Position numbers and translations under genes: made by a program. A stretch of 64,000 bases of DNA from an uncultured Verrucomicrobiae bacterium. Its GTDB lineage: Bacteria; Verrucomicrobiota; Verrucomicrobiia; Chthoniobacterales; UBA10450. Positions 30,768 to 43,101 of this stretch are shown in pieces. Each line of letters begins with the position of its first letter. The first letter of the stretch is position 1. Below the pieces are notes generated by a model. It was given only the letters and a program-made list of their open reading frames with translations, did no database searches and was not told where the DNA came from. The DNA is taken from positions 704,001 through 768,000 of the forward strand of contig CAWDGJ010000002.1 of the NCBI GenBank assembly GCA_963801815.1, in the 5' to 3' direction.

Positions 30768-32097
30768 TACCATCGCGGCGATATCTACTCCAGTCGGAGA
30801 AGGGGCCATCGCTCTCGTGCGAATGTCCGGTCGGAAAGCGATTGCGATAGCGGACAAGATTTTTCGGGGGAAAGAAAAAGCATCATGCTTCGGCTCGCAC
30901 ATTCAACATCTGGGCGAGATCATTAACGATTCCGGAGATTTAATCGACGAGGCACTGATGTCGGTCCATCGCGCGCCCGCAAGTTACACCGGCGAAGATT
31001 TGGTCGAGATCAGTTGTCACGGCGGAACCTTGGTGACTGCTAAAGTTCTGGAAGCTTGTTTGCGCGCAGGTGCGCGCTCCGCCCGACCAGGCGAATTCAC
31101 CGAGCGCGCATTCCTAAATGGCAAAATGGATCTCACCCAGGCCGAGGCGGTCATGGACTTGATTCGCGCGCGGACCGATCTGGCACTGCGTTCCGCAACT
31201 GAACAGCTCGAAGGGAAGCTCGGAGAAAAAATCAGATCGATTCGAAATGCGCTCGTTGACCTTCTCGCCCATGTCGAAGCCTCGATCGATTTTCCGGAGG
31301 AAGGAATCGAGCCGGACGAGGGCGAACAATTGCGCGGCCGCTTGAATTCCATTCGAGAAAGGATTTCAGCCCTGCTTGCCACCGCGGACCAGGGCCGCAT
31401 TTTGCGCGAAGGCGTTCGGACCGTGATTTACGGTGCGACCAACGCCGGCAAGTCGAGTTTGCTAAACCGTTTGCTTGGCTACGAACGAGTGATCGTCAGC
31501 GACACTCACGGAACAACTCGTGACACGATCGAAGAAACCGTGAATCTCCGCGGCGTTCCGGTTCGCCTCCTCGACACCGCTGGTTTGCGAACATCGACAT
31601 CGGACATCGAACGGGAAGGAATTGCGCGCACGGAGCGCTCGTTGATGCACGCGGACCTGCGTCTTCACATCTTCGATCGAAACGCGCCGCGTCCCGCGCA
31701 TTTCGAACAAGACGCGATCGATCGGAATGAAATTATCGTCCTAAACAAGAGCGACTTGCCTGAGCACAATGATTGGAAGAATTCCAGCGGGCTTCGGATT
31801 TCCTGTGTTACGGGAAAGGGAGTGAAAGACCTCGAGGACGAGATCATAGCCCGTCTCGGCAAACAGAATCTGCGGCCGGAAAACGCAGTCGCCATCAACC
31901 TGCGCCACCACGATTGTTTGCGCCGCGCGCTTGAGGCATGTGACCGTGCGCGACGCGGAATGGACGAGGCATTTTCCGCAGAATGTTTCGCCGTTGATCT
32001 GAACGAAGCGCTCCGTGACGTTGGCGAAGTGATCGGCGAGACAGGCGTCGAGCAAATTCTGGATTCCGTCTTCAGTCAGTTTTGCATCGGCAAATGA
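30745..32097 (+). CDS. mnmE: tRNA modification GTPase; start codon uncertain
   Basis: DTIAAISTP from 30766, GEFTERAFLNGKMDL, NAGKSSL, GTTRD and FCIGK. Confidence 0.93.
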   Translation: MESTFGADTIAAISTPVGEGAIALVRMSGRKAIAIADKIFRGKEKASCFGSHIQHLGEIINDSGDLIDEALMSVHRAPASYTGEDLVEISCHGGTLVTAKVLEACLRAGARSARPGEFTERAFLNGKMDLTQAEAVMDLIRARTDLALRSATEQLEGKLGEKIRSIRNALVDLLAHVEASIDFPEEGIEPDEGEQLRGRLNSIRERISALLATADQGRILREGVRTVIYGATNAGKSSLLNRLLGYERVIVSDTHGTTRDTIEETVNLRGVPVRLLDTAGLRTSTSDIEREGIARTERSLMHADLRLHIFDRNAPRPAHFEQDAIDRNEIIVLNKSDLPEHNDWKNSSGLRISCVTGKGVKDLEDEIIARLGKQNLRPENAVAINLRHHDCLRRALEACDRARRGMDEAFSAECFAVDLNEALRDVGEVIGETGVEQILDSVFSQFCIGK

Positions 32098-33107
32098 AGA
32101 ATGCTTACGAGCGACTCGTGAGGCCGCTCCTCTTTTCGATTGATCCCGAAAGTGCGCACCATTTTGCGCTCGCTTGCCTGCGCGCAGGATCGATTCTCGA
32201 TCCTGTTCTGCGCGCGTTGAAGCGGTTTCATCCTGAACCGAAGCCGAAGAAAGTTTTCGGTCTTAATTTTCCAAACCCGATAGGCCTCGCCGCCGGATTT
32301 GATAAGAACGGTGTTGCTTTGCCTGCTTGGGCGGCGCTCGGCTTTGGTTTTATCGAGATCGGCACCGTCACCGCCAAAGCGCAGCCAGGAAATCCCAAAC
32401 CACGGATCTTTCGACTGCCAGAACAAAACGCGTTAATTAACCGACTCGGCTTCAACAACGACGGCGCTGACACGATCGCGCAACGCCTGCAAAAATTGAA
32501 GCGAAGCGGACGCTGGCCGGCCGTGCCGATTGGAATCAACATCGGCAAATCGAAAGTGACTCCGCTCGAGCAGGCGGCCTCGGATTATCTCTACTCTTTC
32601 GAGCGATTGCGAGAATTTGCCGATTACATCGTGCTAAACGTCAGTTCGCCAAATACTGCCGACTTGCGCCAGTTGCAAGGATCCGAAGCGCTCGGCGAAC
32701 TTTTACGCGCGATCGGCGAGAAAAATCTCATCACGCGTAAACCGATCGTCGTGAAAATCGCGCCCGACCTTGGGCCGAACGATCTCGAACAAATTGTCAG
32801 CACGTGCGAAGCAAACAAAGTCGCCGCTATCATCGCAACTAATACAACGCTCGATCATTCGTCGATCCCGTCGGACCAGGACGAGCAGGGTGGGCTGAGT
32901 GGAGCGCCGCTGCGCGACAAATCCACCGCGTTGGTTCGCGCAATCGCCGCGCGATCGACAATTCCAATCATCGCATCGGGCGGAATTGTCGACGGCGAGT
33001 CAGCGCGCGAAAAATTCGAAGCCGGCGCGCAGCTAATACAGATCTACACCGGTCTGATCTATCGCGGACCTTCGTTGCTGGGCAAAATCTCGGAAGCGTT
33101 GAAATGA
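32094..33107 (+). CDS. pyrD: Quinone-dependent dihydroorotate dehydrogenase
   Basis: NPIGLAAGFDKNG, INRLGFNN, NVSSPNT and GGLSG. Confidence 0.95.
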   Translation: MKNAYERLVRPLLFSIDPESAHHFALACLRAGSILDPVLRALKRFHPEPKPKKVFGLNFPNPIGLAAGFDKNGVALPAWAALGFGFIEIGTVTAKAQPGNPKPRIFRLPEQNALINRLGFNNDGADTIAQRLQKLKRSGRWPAVPIGINIGKSKVTPLEQAASDYLYSFERLREFADYIVLNVSSPNTADLRQLQGSEALGELLRAIGEKNLITRKPIVVKIAPDLGPNDLEQIVSTCEANKVAAIIATNTTLDHSSIPSDQDEQGGLSGAPLRDKSTALVRAIAARSTIPIIASGGIVDGESAREKFEAGAQLIQIYTGLIYRGPSLLGKISEALK

Positions 33108-33787
33108 ACTTGGCGCGAAAACTCGACAAGTTGGTGAGTCGAGAAGGTTACCGACGCGCCTGGCGACGTGCAAAGCGTTCCATTTTTCGATTACCGTTTG
33201 GGCCAGTGCTTGCCCGGGTCGATCAGAATCGTCTGCGCGAAATTCAAAAACGCTATGCCGGCTCAAAGTACGCCAACATCGACAAGTGGTTGCGGGTCAA
33301 TCGTGAGCGCGTCCAGGATTTGAAATTGCATCGCTGCCCGCCACAGCGCGTTCTCGATCTCGGCTGCGGCGGCGGGTATTTCCTCTTCATCCTGAAACGT
33401 TTCAATCATTCTGTGCTCGGCCTTGATGTCGATCGGTCGGAACTTTTCGGCGAGTTGCTCGAGGCCTTCGACGTTTCCCGCGTTGTTTTCGAAATAAAAC
33501 CGTTGCAGCTGCTCCCCGATCTTCGCCAGCAATTCGATTGGATAACCGCGTTCTCGATCGGCTTTGATCGCAACCATGAAACCAAGGTGCGATGGGGAAC
33601 CAAGGAATGGGATTTTCTGCTTCGCGATTTACAATCGCGACTCGCCCCCGGCGGAAAAATCTATCTGGCGCTTAATCCTCTGCCGAGCGGGGAATATTGG
33701 ACGTCCGAACTGTATGATTTCTTTGTGAGTCGTGGCGCCGATATCGAACGCGAGCGCATTTTTTTCGGCAACGGACTTCGCGTCTGA
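33104..33787 (+). CDS. Class I SAM-dependent methyltransferase
   Basis: VLDLGCGGG motif. Confidence 0.8.
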   Translation: MNLARKLDKLVSREGYRRAWRRAKRSIFRLPFGPVLARVDQNRLREIQKRYAGSKYANIDKWLRVNRERVQDLKLHRCPPQRVLDLGCGGGYFLFILKRFNHSVLGLDVDRSELFGELLEAFDVSRVVFEIKPLQLLPDLRQQFDWITAFSIGFDRNHETKVRWGTKEWDFLLRDLQSRLAPGGKIYLALNPLPSGEYWTSELYDFFVSRGADIERERIFFGNGLRV

Positions 33788-33855
33788 TCACAGCGTCGAA
33801 TCTTCGAGACGCGCGAACGCCCCCTGGGCCGCGAATTGTTTCAGGAGGGAATCAA

Positions 33856-34029
33856 ATGTTGAAATGGGCTTTTATATTTCTGGTTATCGCGCTGATCGCG
33901 GCCTTGTTCGGATTTACCGGGATCGCTTCGGCCGCGGCCGGCATCGCGAAGTTCCTGTTCTTCCTGTTCCTGCTGGTATGCCTGATCTTCTTCATCATCG
34001 GCATATCAATTGGGAAAAAGGTGATGTGA
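33856..34029 (+). CDS. DUF1328 family small membrane protein (absent from the ORF track)
   Basis: MLKWAFIFLVIALIAALFGFTGIASAAAGIAKFLFFLFL..., preceded by an AGGAGG RBS. Confidence 0.9.
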   Translation: MLKWAFIFLVIALIAALFGFTGIASAAAGIAKFLFFLFLLVCLIFFIIGISIGKKVM

Positions 34030-34093
34030 CCTGATTCCAAGCCTGCGCGCTGGAACCGCGCGAACGTGTCCGCGAAAACGGCGAGGCTTGGAG

Positions 34094-34483
34094 TTATTTA
34101 CCCGTCCACGGTTTCCACGGCAGGAGCACGTTTTTCGTGCGCAATCTGCACTTGTCGCTCACCAACGTGAACGTCAGCTTGTCCTGATCGCGATTGAATT
34201 TGTAAACGCCTTCTCCCTTGCAGGATTTCGGGGTGTGCGATCCACGCGACTCCTTAATCGTGATGGTGTCGTCAGCCACAGTATATTTGCCCCAAACGCT
34301 CGGATGATTGCTGTTGTTCAGTGCAACTTCAAAAGTGCCGCCCGCTTTGAGCGCCCAAACCGTGCCCAGCGCATTTGTCCAGGTTCCGACGAGCGAATTT
34401 TGCGGCGCTTCTTGGAACATGGCGCACCCGGTGAGGAGCGCGATTGCGGTCAACGCGACAACGATCGGAATCTGTTTCTTCAT
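34094..34483 (-). CDS. Lipoprotein, hypothetical
   Basis: Lipobox LLTGC; SLVGTW. Confidence 0.7.
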   Translation of the reverse strand: MKKQIPIVVALTAIALLTGCAMFQEAPQNSLVGTWTNALGTVWALKAGGTFEVALNNSNHPSVWGKYTVADDTITIKESRGSHTPKSCKGEGVYKFNRDQDKLTFTLVSDKCRLRTKNVLLPWKPWTGK

Positions 34484-34572
34484 GCCTCGATGCTGTCTGT
34501 AACGGACTCTCTTTTCAAGCAAAGAACAATGCATCGTCTTTACTGACATGCCTCCCGGCCTAAGTTGCAGCA

Positions 34573-35640
34573 ATGGCGATTTCAGAAGAACAGGTGCGAA
34601 AAGTTCTGAGCACGGTCCGATACCCGGGGTTTAGCCGGGACATCGTCTCGTTCGGGTTGGTCAAAGGCATCGACGTCGCCGACGGCGAAGTGAAAGTGCA
34701 GCTCGCGCTGGCCACAAACGATCCGAACATTCCCGCTACGATCAAGAGCGATGCCGAGAAAGCTTTGCGTGAATTAAACGGCGTTCGCGCCGCAAAGGTT
34801 TTGATCGACATCCACGCAGCACCCGCCGGCGCCGGCGCAACTGTCGGCGCGACGCGCATTCCTGGAATCAAACACGTCATCGCCGTCGCGAGCGGAAAAG
34901 GCGGCGTCGGAAAATCCACCGTGGCTGCAAACCTGGCGGTCGCGCTTGAACAAACCAAGGCGCGCGTCGGTTTGTGCGATTGCGACATTTACGGTCCCAG
35001 CATTTCGCTCATGTTCGGTATTCACGAACGGCCGACCGCCACCGACGAGAACAAGATTATCCCGATCGACCAGTACCACTTGAAGTTGATGTCGATGGGA
35101 TTTCTGCTCGACGACACGTCACCAGCGATTTTGCGCGGACCGATGGTGACGCGTTATACGCAACAATTCTTGCGACAAGTCGAGTGGGGTGAACTCGATT
35201 TTCTAGTGCTCGATCTGCCACCCGGCACCGGCGACATTCAGCTTACCATCGTGCAAACCGTTGCGTTGTCCGGCGTAATCATAGTCACAACGCCGCAGGA
35301 GGTGGCCCTGATCGATGCGCGAAAAGCGGCGACGATGTTTGAGAAGGTCAACGTTCCCGTTCTCGGCTTGATTGAAAACATGAGCTACTTCGTTTCGCCG
35401 TCCGACCACAAGCGCTACGACATCTTTGGCAGCGGCGGCGGCGAGCGCGAAGCGAAGCGCCTCCGCGTTCCGTTGCTCGGGCAGGTGCCGATCGACATCG
35501 CAACCCGCGAGGCCGGGGACCGTGGCGAGCCGATTGTTTCCCAAGACAAGCAGTCCCCTGTGGCAGTGGAGTTTACGAAGATTGCTGGCCGAATTCGCGA
35601 AGCGTTGTCTGAATCGGATTCGCCGGCAAAATCTAAATAG
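34573..35640 (+). CDS. mrp: Mrp/ApbC (NBP35) Fe-S carrier ATPase
   Basis: SGKGGVGKST, DIYGPS, DLPPGTGD and ENMS. Confidence 0.92.
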   Translation: MAISEEQVRKVLSTVRYPGFSRDIVSFGLVKGIDVADGEVKVQLALATNDPNIPATIKSDAEKALRELNGVRAAKVLIDIHAAPAGAGATVGATRIPGIKHVIAVASGKGGVGKSTVAANLAVALEQTKARVGLCDCDIYGPSISLMFGIHERPTATDENKIIPIDQYHLKLMSMGFLLDDTSPAILRGPMVTRYTQQFLRQVEWGELDFLVLDLPPGTGDIQLTIVQTVALSGVIIVTTPQEVALIDARKAATMFEKVNVPVLGLIENMSYFVSPSDHKRYDIFGSGGGEREAKRLRVPLLGQVPIDIATREAGDRGEPIVSQDKQSPVAVEFTKIAGRIREALSESDSPAKSK

Positions 35641-35706
35641 GTATGACCAATGCTACGTCATATTTGTGAACGATTTATCGGTTCCTGTTGACTGGTTCTC
35701 GTTTTT

Positions 35707-35952
35707 ATGGAAAACAGTGGCCCAATGCCGCCTGTCCAAGAGGAAAAATCGAAGTTCGTTAAGAACTCCGTGCTTTATAAAGAGTTCCTGGCCGAGCGGG
35801 AGGAAATTTTGAAACACAAGTGGATCGAGAGCGAAAAAGCCGGCAAAGACATCGGCTTTGAAAAGGCGCTGCTCGATTGGATCGTGAAACATCGCTCCAA
35901 TTGGAGAGCGAGACGATTGAAGGAGGCTCGCACAGAAAAGGCAGCCTCCTAA
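35707..35952 (+). CDS. DUF4032-like small protein
   Basis: EILKHKWIESEKAGKDIGFEKALLDW. Confidence 0.7.
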   Translation: MENSGPMPPVQEEKSKFVKNSVLYKEFLAEREEILKHKWIESEKAGKDIGFEKALLDWIVKHRSNWRARRLKEARTEKAAS

Positions 35953-35961
35953 ATTTTGTAC

Positions 35962-35994
35962 ACCTTTAAAGCGATCCAGTGAGGTCGCCAAGGA
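35962..35994 (+). promoter_or_regulatory. PyrR-binding RNA stem-loop
   Basis: ACCTTTAA-agcg-ATCCAGTGAGGT-cgcc-AAGG matches the PyrR binding-loop pattern and lies immediately upstream of pyrR. Confidence 0.8.
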
Positions 35995-35999
35995 TGTAA

Positions 36000-37501
<1,502 letters not shown>

Positions 37502-37505
<4 letters not shown>

Positions 37506-38785
37506 GCGCGACCATTATTCGCAACGGCCGCATCATCGATCCGGCGAACAATCGCGACGAAGTCGGTGACCTCGCCGTTGTCGACGGCAAGATCGCCGAG
37601 CCTTCCGCTATCCGCGATCCGAAATCCGCAATTGAAACGATTGACGCAAAGGGTTTGATCGTCACGCCCGGTTTGATCGACATGCACGTGCATCTGCGCG
37701 AACCGGGGTTCGGTCACAAGGAGACGATCGCTTCCGGGGCGCGGGCGGCCGCGGCCGGCGGATTCACGACGATCGTCTGCATGCCGAACACGTCGCCGGC
37801 GGCGGACAATCCGGCAACGATCGCGTGGATCAAGGATCGCGCCGCCGAGGCGGCTTGCGTAAATGTTCTGCCAACCGGCGCAATCTCGAAAAACATTGCG
37901 GGCGACGAATTGGCGCCGATCGGTTCGTTAGGCCAGGCCGGCGTTGTTGCGATCACGGACGACGGTCACTGCATGCAAAACCACGAGCTGATGCGGCGAG
38001 CGGTCGAGTACGCGCGCATGGTCGAATTGCCGGTGCTCGATCATTGCCAGGATTACAGCCTGGTCGGCAACGGCGTGGTTAATGAAGGCTACTGGAGTAT
38101 CCTCCTAGGCTTGCCCGGATGGCCGGCCGCGGGCGAAGAAGTGATCGTGATGCGAAACATTTTGTTGGCGGAACTTTGCGATCATCGCATTCACTGCCAA
38201 CACATCAGCGCAGCCGGAAGCGTGCGGCTCATTCGCGAAGCGCGAAAACGCGGTGTGAAAATCAGCGGCGAAGTTTGTCCGCACCACATCGCATTGACCG
38301 ATGAAGCGATCCAGAATTTCGATACGAACTACAAAATGAATCCGCCGCTGCGATCAAAGACCGACGTCGATGCGATCATCGAAGGAATCGCGGACGGTAC
38401 CTTGTCGATTCTGTGTTCGGATCATGCACCGCACGCCGGATTCGAAAAAGAAGTCGAGTTCGACCAGGCGCCGTTTGGAATTGTCGGACTCGAAACGGAG
38501 CTTGGACTTTTCATCAACTCGCTTGGCCACCAGCACCGAACGATCGACATCAGGCGTTTGATCGAAATGTACACTGTCGAACCCGCGAAACTTTTGAATC
38601 TGCAAGCCGGGACGCTGTCGGTCGACTCGGCGGCTGACGTCACCCTGATCGATCCGAATCTCGAATGGACGGTGCGAGTCGATCAATTTGAGTCGTTGTC
38701 TCACAATTCGCCGTTCGACGGATGGAAACTGAAGGGCCGAGCGGTGCGAACGATCGTCGGCGGAAAAACGGTTTGGAAACTCTGA
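37502..38785 (+). CDS. pyrC: Dihydroorotase
   Basis: [21 protein letters not shown] and SDHAPH. Confidence 0.95.
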
Positions 38786-38786
38786 T

Positions 38787-38852
38787 CTGTGGTGGCAGCC
38801 GTCTTGGCTGCACCATTCAACTGACTTGCAGGCGAGATGCCTGCCTCCACAG
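38787..38852. repeat. REP doublet (GTGGTGGCAG family) between convergent genes
   Basis: Inverted pair ctgtggtggcagccgtcttggctgca ... tgcaggcgagatgcctgcctccacag; related units at 60046 and 60332. Confidence 0.75.
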
Positions 38853-38856
38853 AAGG

Positions 38857-39306
38857 TTAGCCTGAAAATCCGCCGCTGATGTAGCTCTCCAGGTGCGCGA
38901 TGGTTGCACTTTGGGTGGCGATCACATATTTCACCAAATCGCCAATCGAAACCACGCCGATGACTTTGCCGCCATCCAAAACGGGCAAATGGCGGAAGCG
39001 CTTATCGGTCATTGCGCGCAAACATTCCTCCACGCCTTCGTTTGGATGTGTCACGGTCAGGTTGGTGGACATGATCTCGGAGACTTTCGTCTCGGAGGAT
39101 TTTTTGCCACGCAACATCACCTTGCGGGTGTAATCGCGCTCTGAAAGCATGCCGACGAGCTTATTTCCCTTCATCACCAAAACCGCGCCGACGTTTTTCT
39201 CGTCCATCATTCTGACGGCATCGTCGACGCAGGTCTCCGGTGTTACTGAAAAAATCTCGGACGGCTTTTGTCCAAGAACTGCGCTGATATTTCCGCTGAC
39301 GTCCAT
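38857..39306 (-). CDS. CBS domain protein
   Basis: GMLSERDY and RHLPV..GVVSIGDLVK. Confidence 0.9.
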   Translation of the reverse strand: MDVSGNISAVLGQKPSEIFSVTPETCVDDAVRMMDEKNVGAVLVMKGNKLVGMLSERDYTRKVMLRGKKSSETKVSEIMSTNLTVTHPNEGVEECLRAMTDKRFRHLPVLDGGKVIGVVSIGDLVKYVIATQSATIAHLESYISGGFSG

Positions 39307-39414
39307 AATCCTCCAAAAATCGCGGAACTCTAAAATACAACAGCTCGAGTCGCGTAGGCAAAGGAAATTCAGAGCGGCGCACCCGTGTCGGCGAGAAAGA
39401 ATCCCTCGGCAAAC

Positions 39415-40740
39415 CTAGGAAGACCGCGCAAATTTTCGGTCGATCAACCGATTCAAGTGATCTGCGATGGCCGGTTGATCGAGACGCTGAATGACTTCAT
39501 TTAAGAAGCCGGTGACAAGCAGACGCTGGGCGACTTTTGACGGAATTCCCCGCGAGCGCAGATAAAACATCTCGTCTTCGTTGATCTGGCCGGAGGTGGC
39601 GCCGTGGGTGCAACGGACGTTGTCGGCCATAATTTCCAAGCCGGGCATCGAGTTCGCCTCGGAATCGTCGCTTAGCAAAAGATTGCGGACCTTTTGATAC
39701 GCGTCGGTGAAATGCGCGTGCGGTTCGACGCGAATCAGTCCGCCGAACGTGCAACGCGCCTTATCGTCGAGCGCATTCTTATAAAGTAGATCGCTCGCAG
39801 TGCGCGGCGAAATGTGGTCCTGCAATGTGCGCGAATCGAATTCCTGATCGTTGGTTGCTACCGAAACCGCGAGCATGTCGCTGCGGGCGCCTTCACCAAC
39901 CAGCCGGCTCAAACCCTCGAATCGCGCGTAACGCGCACCGAGGTTCAGATTTAAACTCATCGCCGACGCGTCGTGATCGACGATGGTCGAATTCATTTGC
40001 AGCGCGATCACTTTGCTCGCCCATTCCTGCGCGCAGACATAAGTAACCTTCGCACCCGGACCGGCGATCAAATCGTTCACCCCGCAGGCGAAACCTGCGG
40101 CATCGTGATCACACGAACGAAAATGTTCGATGACAGTCACTTTCGCCAGCTCGTCGGTAACGAGGAGCAAGTGGGGAAAGATCGACATGTTGTCGTGGCG
40201 CAACCAATGAAAGATCTCGATCGGTTGTTCGATCTCGACGCCACGCGGTACGAAAAGGAACGTTCCATTTGAAACCATCGCTCGATGCAGCGCCTCGAAC
40301 TTCGCTGAACCGAGCTTTGCTTCGGTCGACATGAAATATTTCCGGAAAAGATCGGCGTGCTCGACCATCGCGCGCTCAAGCGGTTGAAAAATCACGCCGC
40401 GCTTTTTCAAATCATCGGAGATAACGTTACGTTCAACTAGTTGATCGTTCGCGAAAATCATGCGACCGGCTGCTTCGTCGAGACCGCTCGAGTATTTCAG
40501 GATATTTTTGCGGTCGTCTTCCGAAAGTGGGCCCGGAATTTCGAATGCAGTGAGATCGAGAAGATCGACATTAGAAAAACGCCACTGCTGGTCTTTGCGT
40601 GTTGGACGCGGAATTGATTCGAACTTTTGCCAGGCCGCGCGCTGTTGTTCGCGAAACCAATCAGGCAAGTCACCCGACTCAACCAAGCCCGAGAGGACCC
40701 GCGAGGACTTTAGATTGTTCTCCTGTGTAACTGACGGCAT
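39415..40740 (-). CDS. sufD: Fe-S cluster assembly protein SufD
   Basis: PGLEIMADNVRCTHGATSG and FYLRSRGI. Confidence 0.92.
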   Translation of the reverse strand: MPSVTQENNLKSSRVLSGLVESGDLPDWFREQQRAAWQKFESIPRPTRKDQQWRFSNVDLLDLTAFEIPGPLSEDDRKNILKYSSGLDEAAGRMIFANDQLVERNVISDDLKKRGVIFQPLERAMVEHADLFRKYFMSTEAKLGSAKFEALHRAMVSNGTFLFVPRGVEIEQPIEIFHWLRHDNMSIFPHLLLVTDELAKVTVIEHFRSCDHDAAGFACGVNDLIAGPGAKVTYVCAQEWASKVIALQMNSTIVDHDASAMSLNLNLGARYARFEGLSRLVGEGARSDMLAVSVATNDQEFDSRTLQDHISPRTASDLLYKNALDDKARCTFGGLIRVEPHAHFTDAYQKVRNLLLSDDSEANSMPGLEIMADNVRCTHGATSGQINEDEMFYLRSRGIPSKVAQRLLVTGFLNEVIQRLDQPAIADHLNRLIDRKFARSS

Positions 40741-40766
40741 GTCGATTTTTGGGAAACCCGCCGGCG

Positions 40767-42176
40767 TTAACCGACGGAGCCTTCCATCTCGAGCTCGATC
40801 AAACGCTTCAATTCGACCGAATATTCCATTGGAAACTGGCGGACGAGATCGTTGACGAACCCGTTCACGCTCAAGCTCATCGCCTGTGCTTCGGTCAAAC
40901 CGCGCTGCTGCATGTAGAAAATTTGTTCCGCACTTACTTGCGAGACGCTCGCTTCGTGCTGGACTGCGTTGCCGGTTCCGCGAACGGTGATTGCCGGATA
41001 TGTGTCGGTCCGTGAAGTCGCGTTAATCAAAAGCGCGTCGCATTCGGTGTTGTTTTTACAATTCTTGAGATGTTTCGGCACGTGGACGAGCCCGCGATAG
41101 GTCGCGCGGCCTGTGCCGATCGAAATCGACTTCGAAATAATGTTCGATGTCGTTTCATCGGCGGCGTGAATCATTTTCGCACCGGTGTCCTGGTGCTGGC
41201 CGTTGTTGGCCAGTGCGATCGAGAGCACTTCGCCGCGCGATTTGCGGCCTTTCAATACCACGCCCGGATATTTCATGGTTAGACGCGAGCCGATGTTGCA
41301 ATCGATCCACTTGATCTCGGCGTCTTCGTGAGCGAGGCCGCGTTTTGTGACCAAATTGAAAACGTTGGCCGACCAGTTTTGCACTGTGATGTATTGGATC
41401 TTGGCGCCCTTGAGGGCGACGAGCTCGACCACCGCGCTGTGCAGCGTTGTGGTCTCGAACTTCGGCGCGGTGCAGCCTTCCATGTAAGTGACTTCGCTTC
41501 CTTCGTCGGCAATGATGAGCGTGCGTTCGAACTGGCCGAAATTTTCCGCGTTGATCCGGAAGTAAGCTTGCAGCGGATGTTTCACCTTCACGCCGGGCGG
41601 CACGTAAATGAACGATCCGCCGCTGAACACCGCCGCGTTGAGCGCGCTGAATTTGTTGTCGGCAATTGGGATGACCTTGCCGAACCATTTCCGGAAAATT
41701 TCCGGATGATGTTTCAGTCCCTCGGTCGAACCGACGAAAATCACGCCCTGTTCGCCGACCGCTTTCTTGATGTTTGAATAAACCGCTTCGCTGTCGAACT
41801 GCGCTTCCACTCCGGCGAGAAATTTTCGCTCTTGCTCAGGAATGCCGAGCCGCTCGAATGTGCGCTTGATGTCCTCCGGCACTTCTTCCCAAGTGCGCTT
41901 AGCGGCATCGCCGGACGCGAGGTAATAACGGATTTTGTCGAAATCGATCGCCTCGAGATCCTTGCTGGCCCAATGCGTCGGCAACGGTTTCTCTAGAAAA
42001 GTTTTCAGACCGCGGAGACGGAACTCACGGACCCAATCCGGATCTTCTTTGACGTCGGAAATAAAGTGGACGGTTTTCTCGCTCAACCCGCGCCCTGCGT
42101 CCTTGGCGTAGGCGACGTCGTAATGGAAATCGCCGATGCTCCGATCGATATTGACGGCTTTGCTTTCAGGTTTCAT
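40767..42176 (-). CDS. sufB: Fe-S cluster assembly protein SufB
   Basis: [23 protein letters not shown] and EGSVG. Confidence 0.96.
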   Translation of the reverse strand: MKPESKAVNIDRSIGDFHYDVAYAKDAGRGLSEKTVHFISDVKEDPDWVREFRLRGLKTFLEKPLPTHWASKDLEAIDFDKIRYYLASGDAAKRTWEEVPEDIKRTFERLGIPEQERKFLAGVEAQFDSEAVYSNIKKAVGEQGVIFVGSTEGLKHHPEIFRKWFGKVIPIADNKFSALNAAVFSGGSFIYVPPGVKVKHPLQAYFRINAENFGQFERTLIIADEGSEVTYMEGCTAPKFETTTLHSAVVELVALKGAKIQYITVQNWSANVFNLVTKRGLAHEDAEIKWIDCNIGSRLTMKYPGVVLKGRKSRGEVLSIALANNGQHQDTGAKMIHAADETTSNIISKSISIGTGRATYRGLVHVPKHLKNCKNNTECDALLINATSRTDTYPAITVRGTGNAVQHEASVSQVSAEQIFYMQQRGLTEAQAMSLSVNGFVNDLVRQFPMEYSVELKRLIELEMEGSVG

Positions 42177-42188
42177 TATCGGTCCTAT

Positions 42189-42956
42189 CTATCTAGTTAC
42201 TGCCATCTCGCCGGCAGATTCGCGCGCCCAATCGTAACCGCGCTCCTCAAGCTCGAGCGCTAGTTCTTTTCCGCCACTACGTACGATCCGCCCGGCGACC
42301 ATGACGTGGACGTGGTCGGGCACGATGTAGTTCAAAAGTCTTTGATAATGCGTGATCAAAAGAATGCCCAGCTGCGGGCCCCGCATCATGTTCACGCCGC
42401 GAGCGACGACCTTCAGTGCGTCGATATCGAGACCGCTGTCGGTCTCATCGAGCACGGCGTATTTGGGAGCGAGCATTGCCAACTGCAAAATCTCGGCCCG
42501 CTTTTTTTCGCCGCCGGAAAACCCTTCGTTGACCGCGCGCGACGTAAATGAGCGATCCATTCCGAGGAGCTCCATTTTCTCGTAAAGCTTTGCGTAGTAA
42601 TCCGTGGCTTCGAGCTCTTCGCCCTCCGGCAAGCGCGCTTGCAACGCCGCGCGCAAAAAATTCGCAATGGTCACGCCCGGAATTTCGCTGGGATACTGAA
42701 ACGCCAGGAATAGACCTTTGCGGGCGCGCTCATCGGGCTCCATCGCGAGAAGATCTTCCCCGTCCATCGTGATTTTGCCTTTAGTCACCTGATAATCAGG
42801 ATGGCCGGCCATCACCTTGGCCAGCGTGCTCTTGCCGGAGCCGTTCGGCCCCATAATGGCGTGCACTTCACCCGGGGGCACGGCCAGGGTCAGACCACGG
42901 ACGATCTGCTGATCGCCAATGGCGACATGGAGGTTCTCAACGCGAAGCTCGTTCAT
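42189..42956 (-). CDS. sufC: Fe-S cluster assembly ATPase SufC
   Basis: [17 protein letters not shown] and [12 protein letters not shown]. Confidence 0.96.
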   Translation of the reverse strand: MNELRVENLHVAIGDQQIVRGLTLAVPPGEVHAIMGPNGSGKSTLAKVMAGHPDYQVTKGKITMDGEDLLAMEPDERARKGLFLAFQYPSEIPGVTIANFLRAALQARLPEGEELEATDYYAKLYEKMELLGMDRSFTSRAVNEGFSGGEKKRAEILQLAMLAPKYAVLDETDSGLDIDALKVVARGVNMMRGPQLGILLITHYQRLLNYIVPDHVHVMVAGRIVRSGGKELALELEERGYDWARESAGEMAVTR

Positions 42957-43101
42957 AAGCAGGGGTTAAAAATATAAGCCGATTCGGGGTGATTGCGAAC
43001 CGGATTTGAGCATTTTGACGCCCGCATGTGCGCGCCAATCTGGCGCGGCTTCTTCTTATAATTCCCATCACCAGGCATTCCGATTGCTCAGATAAGACCT
43101 T

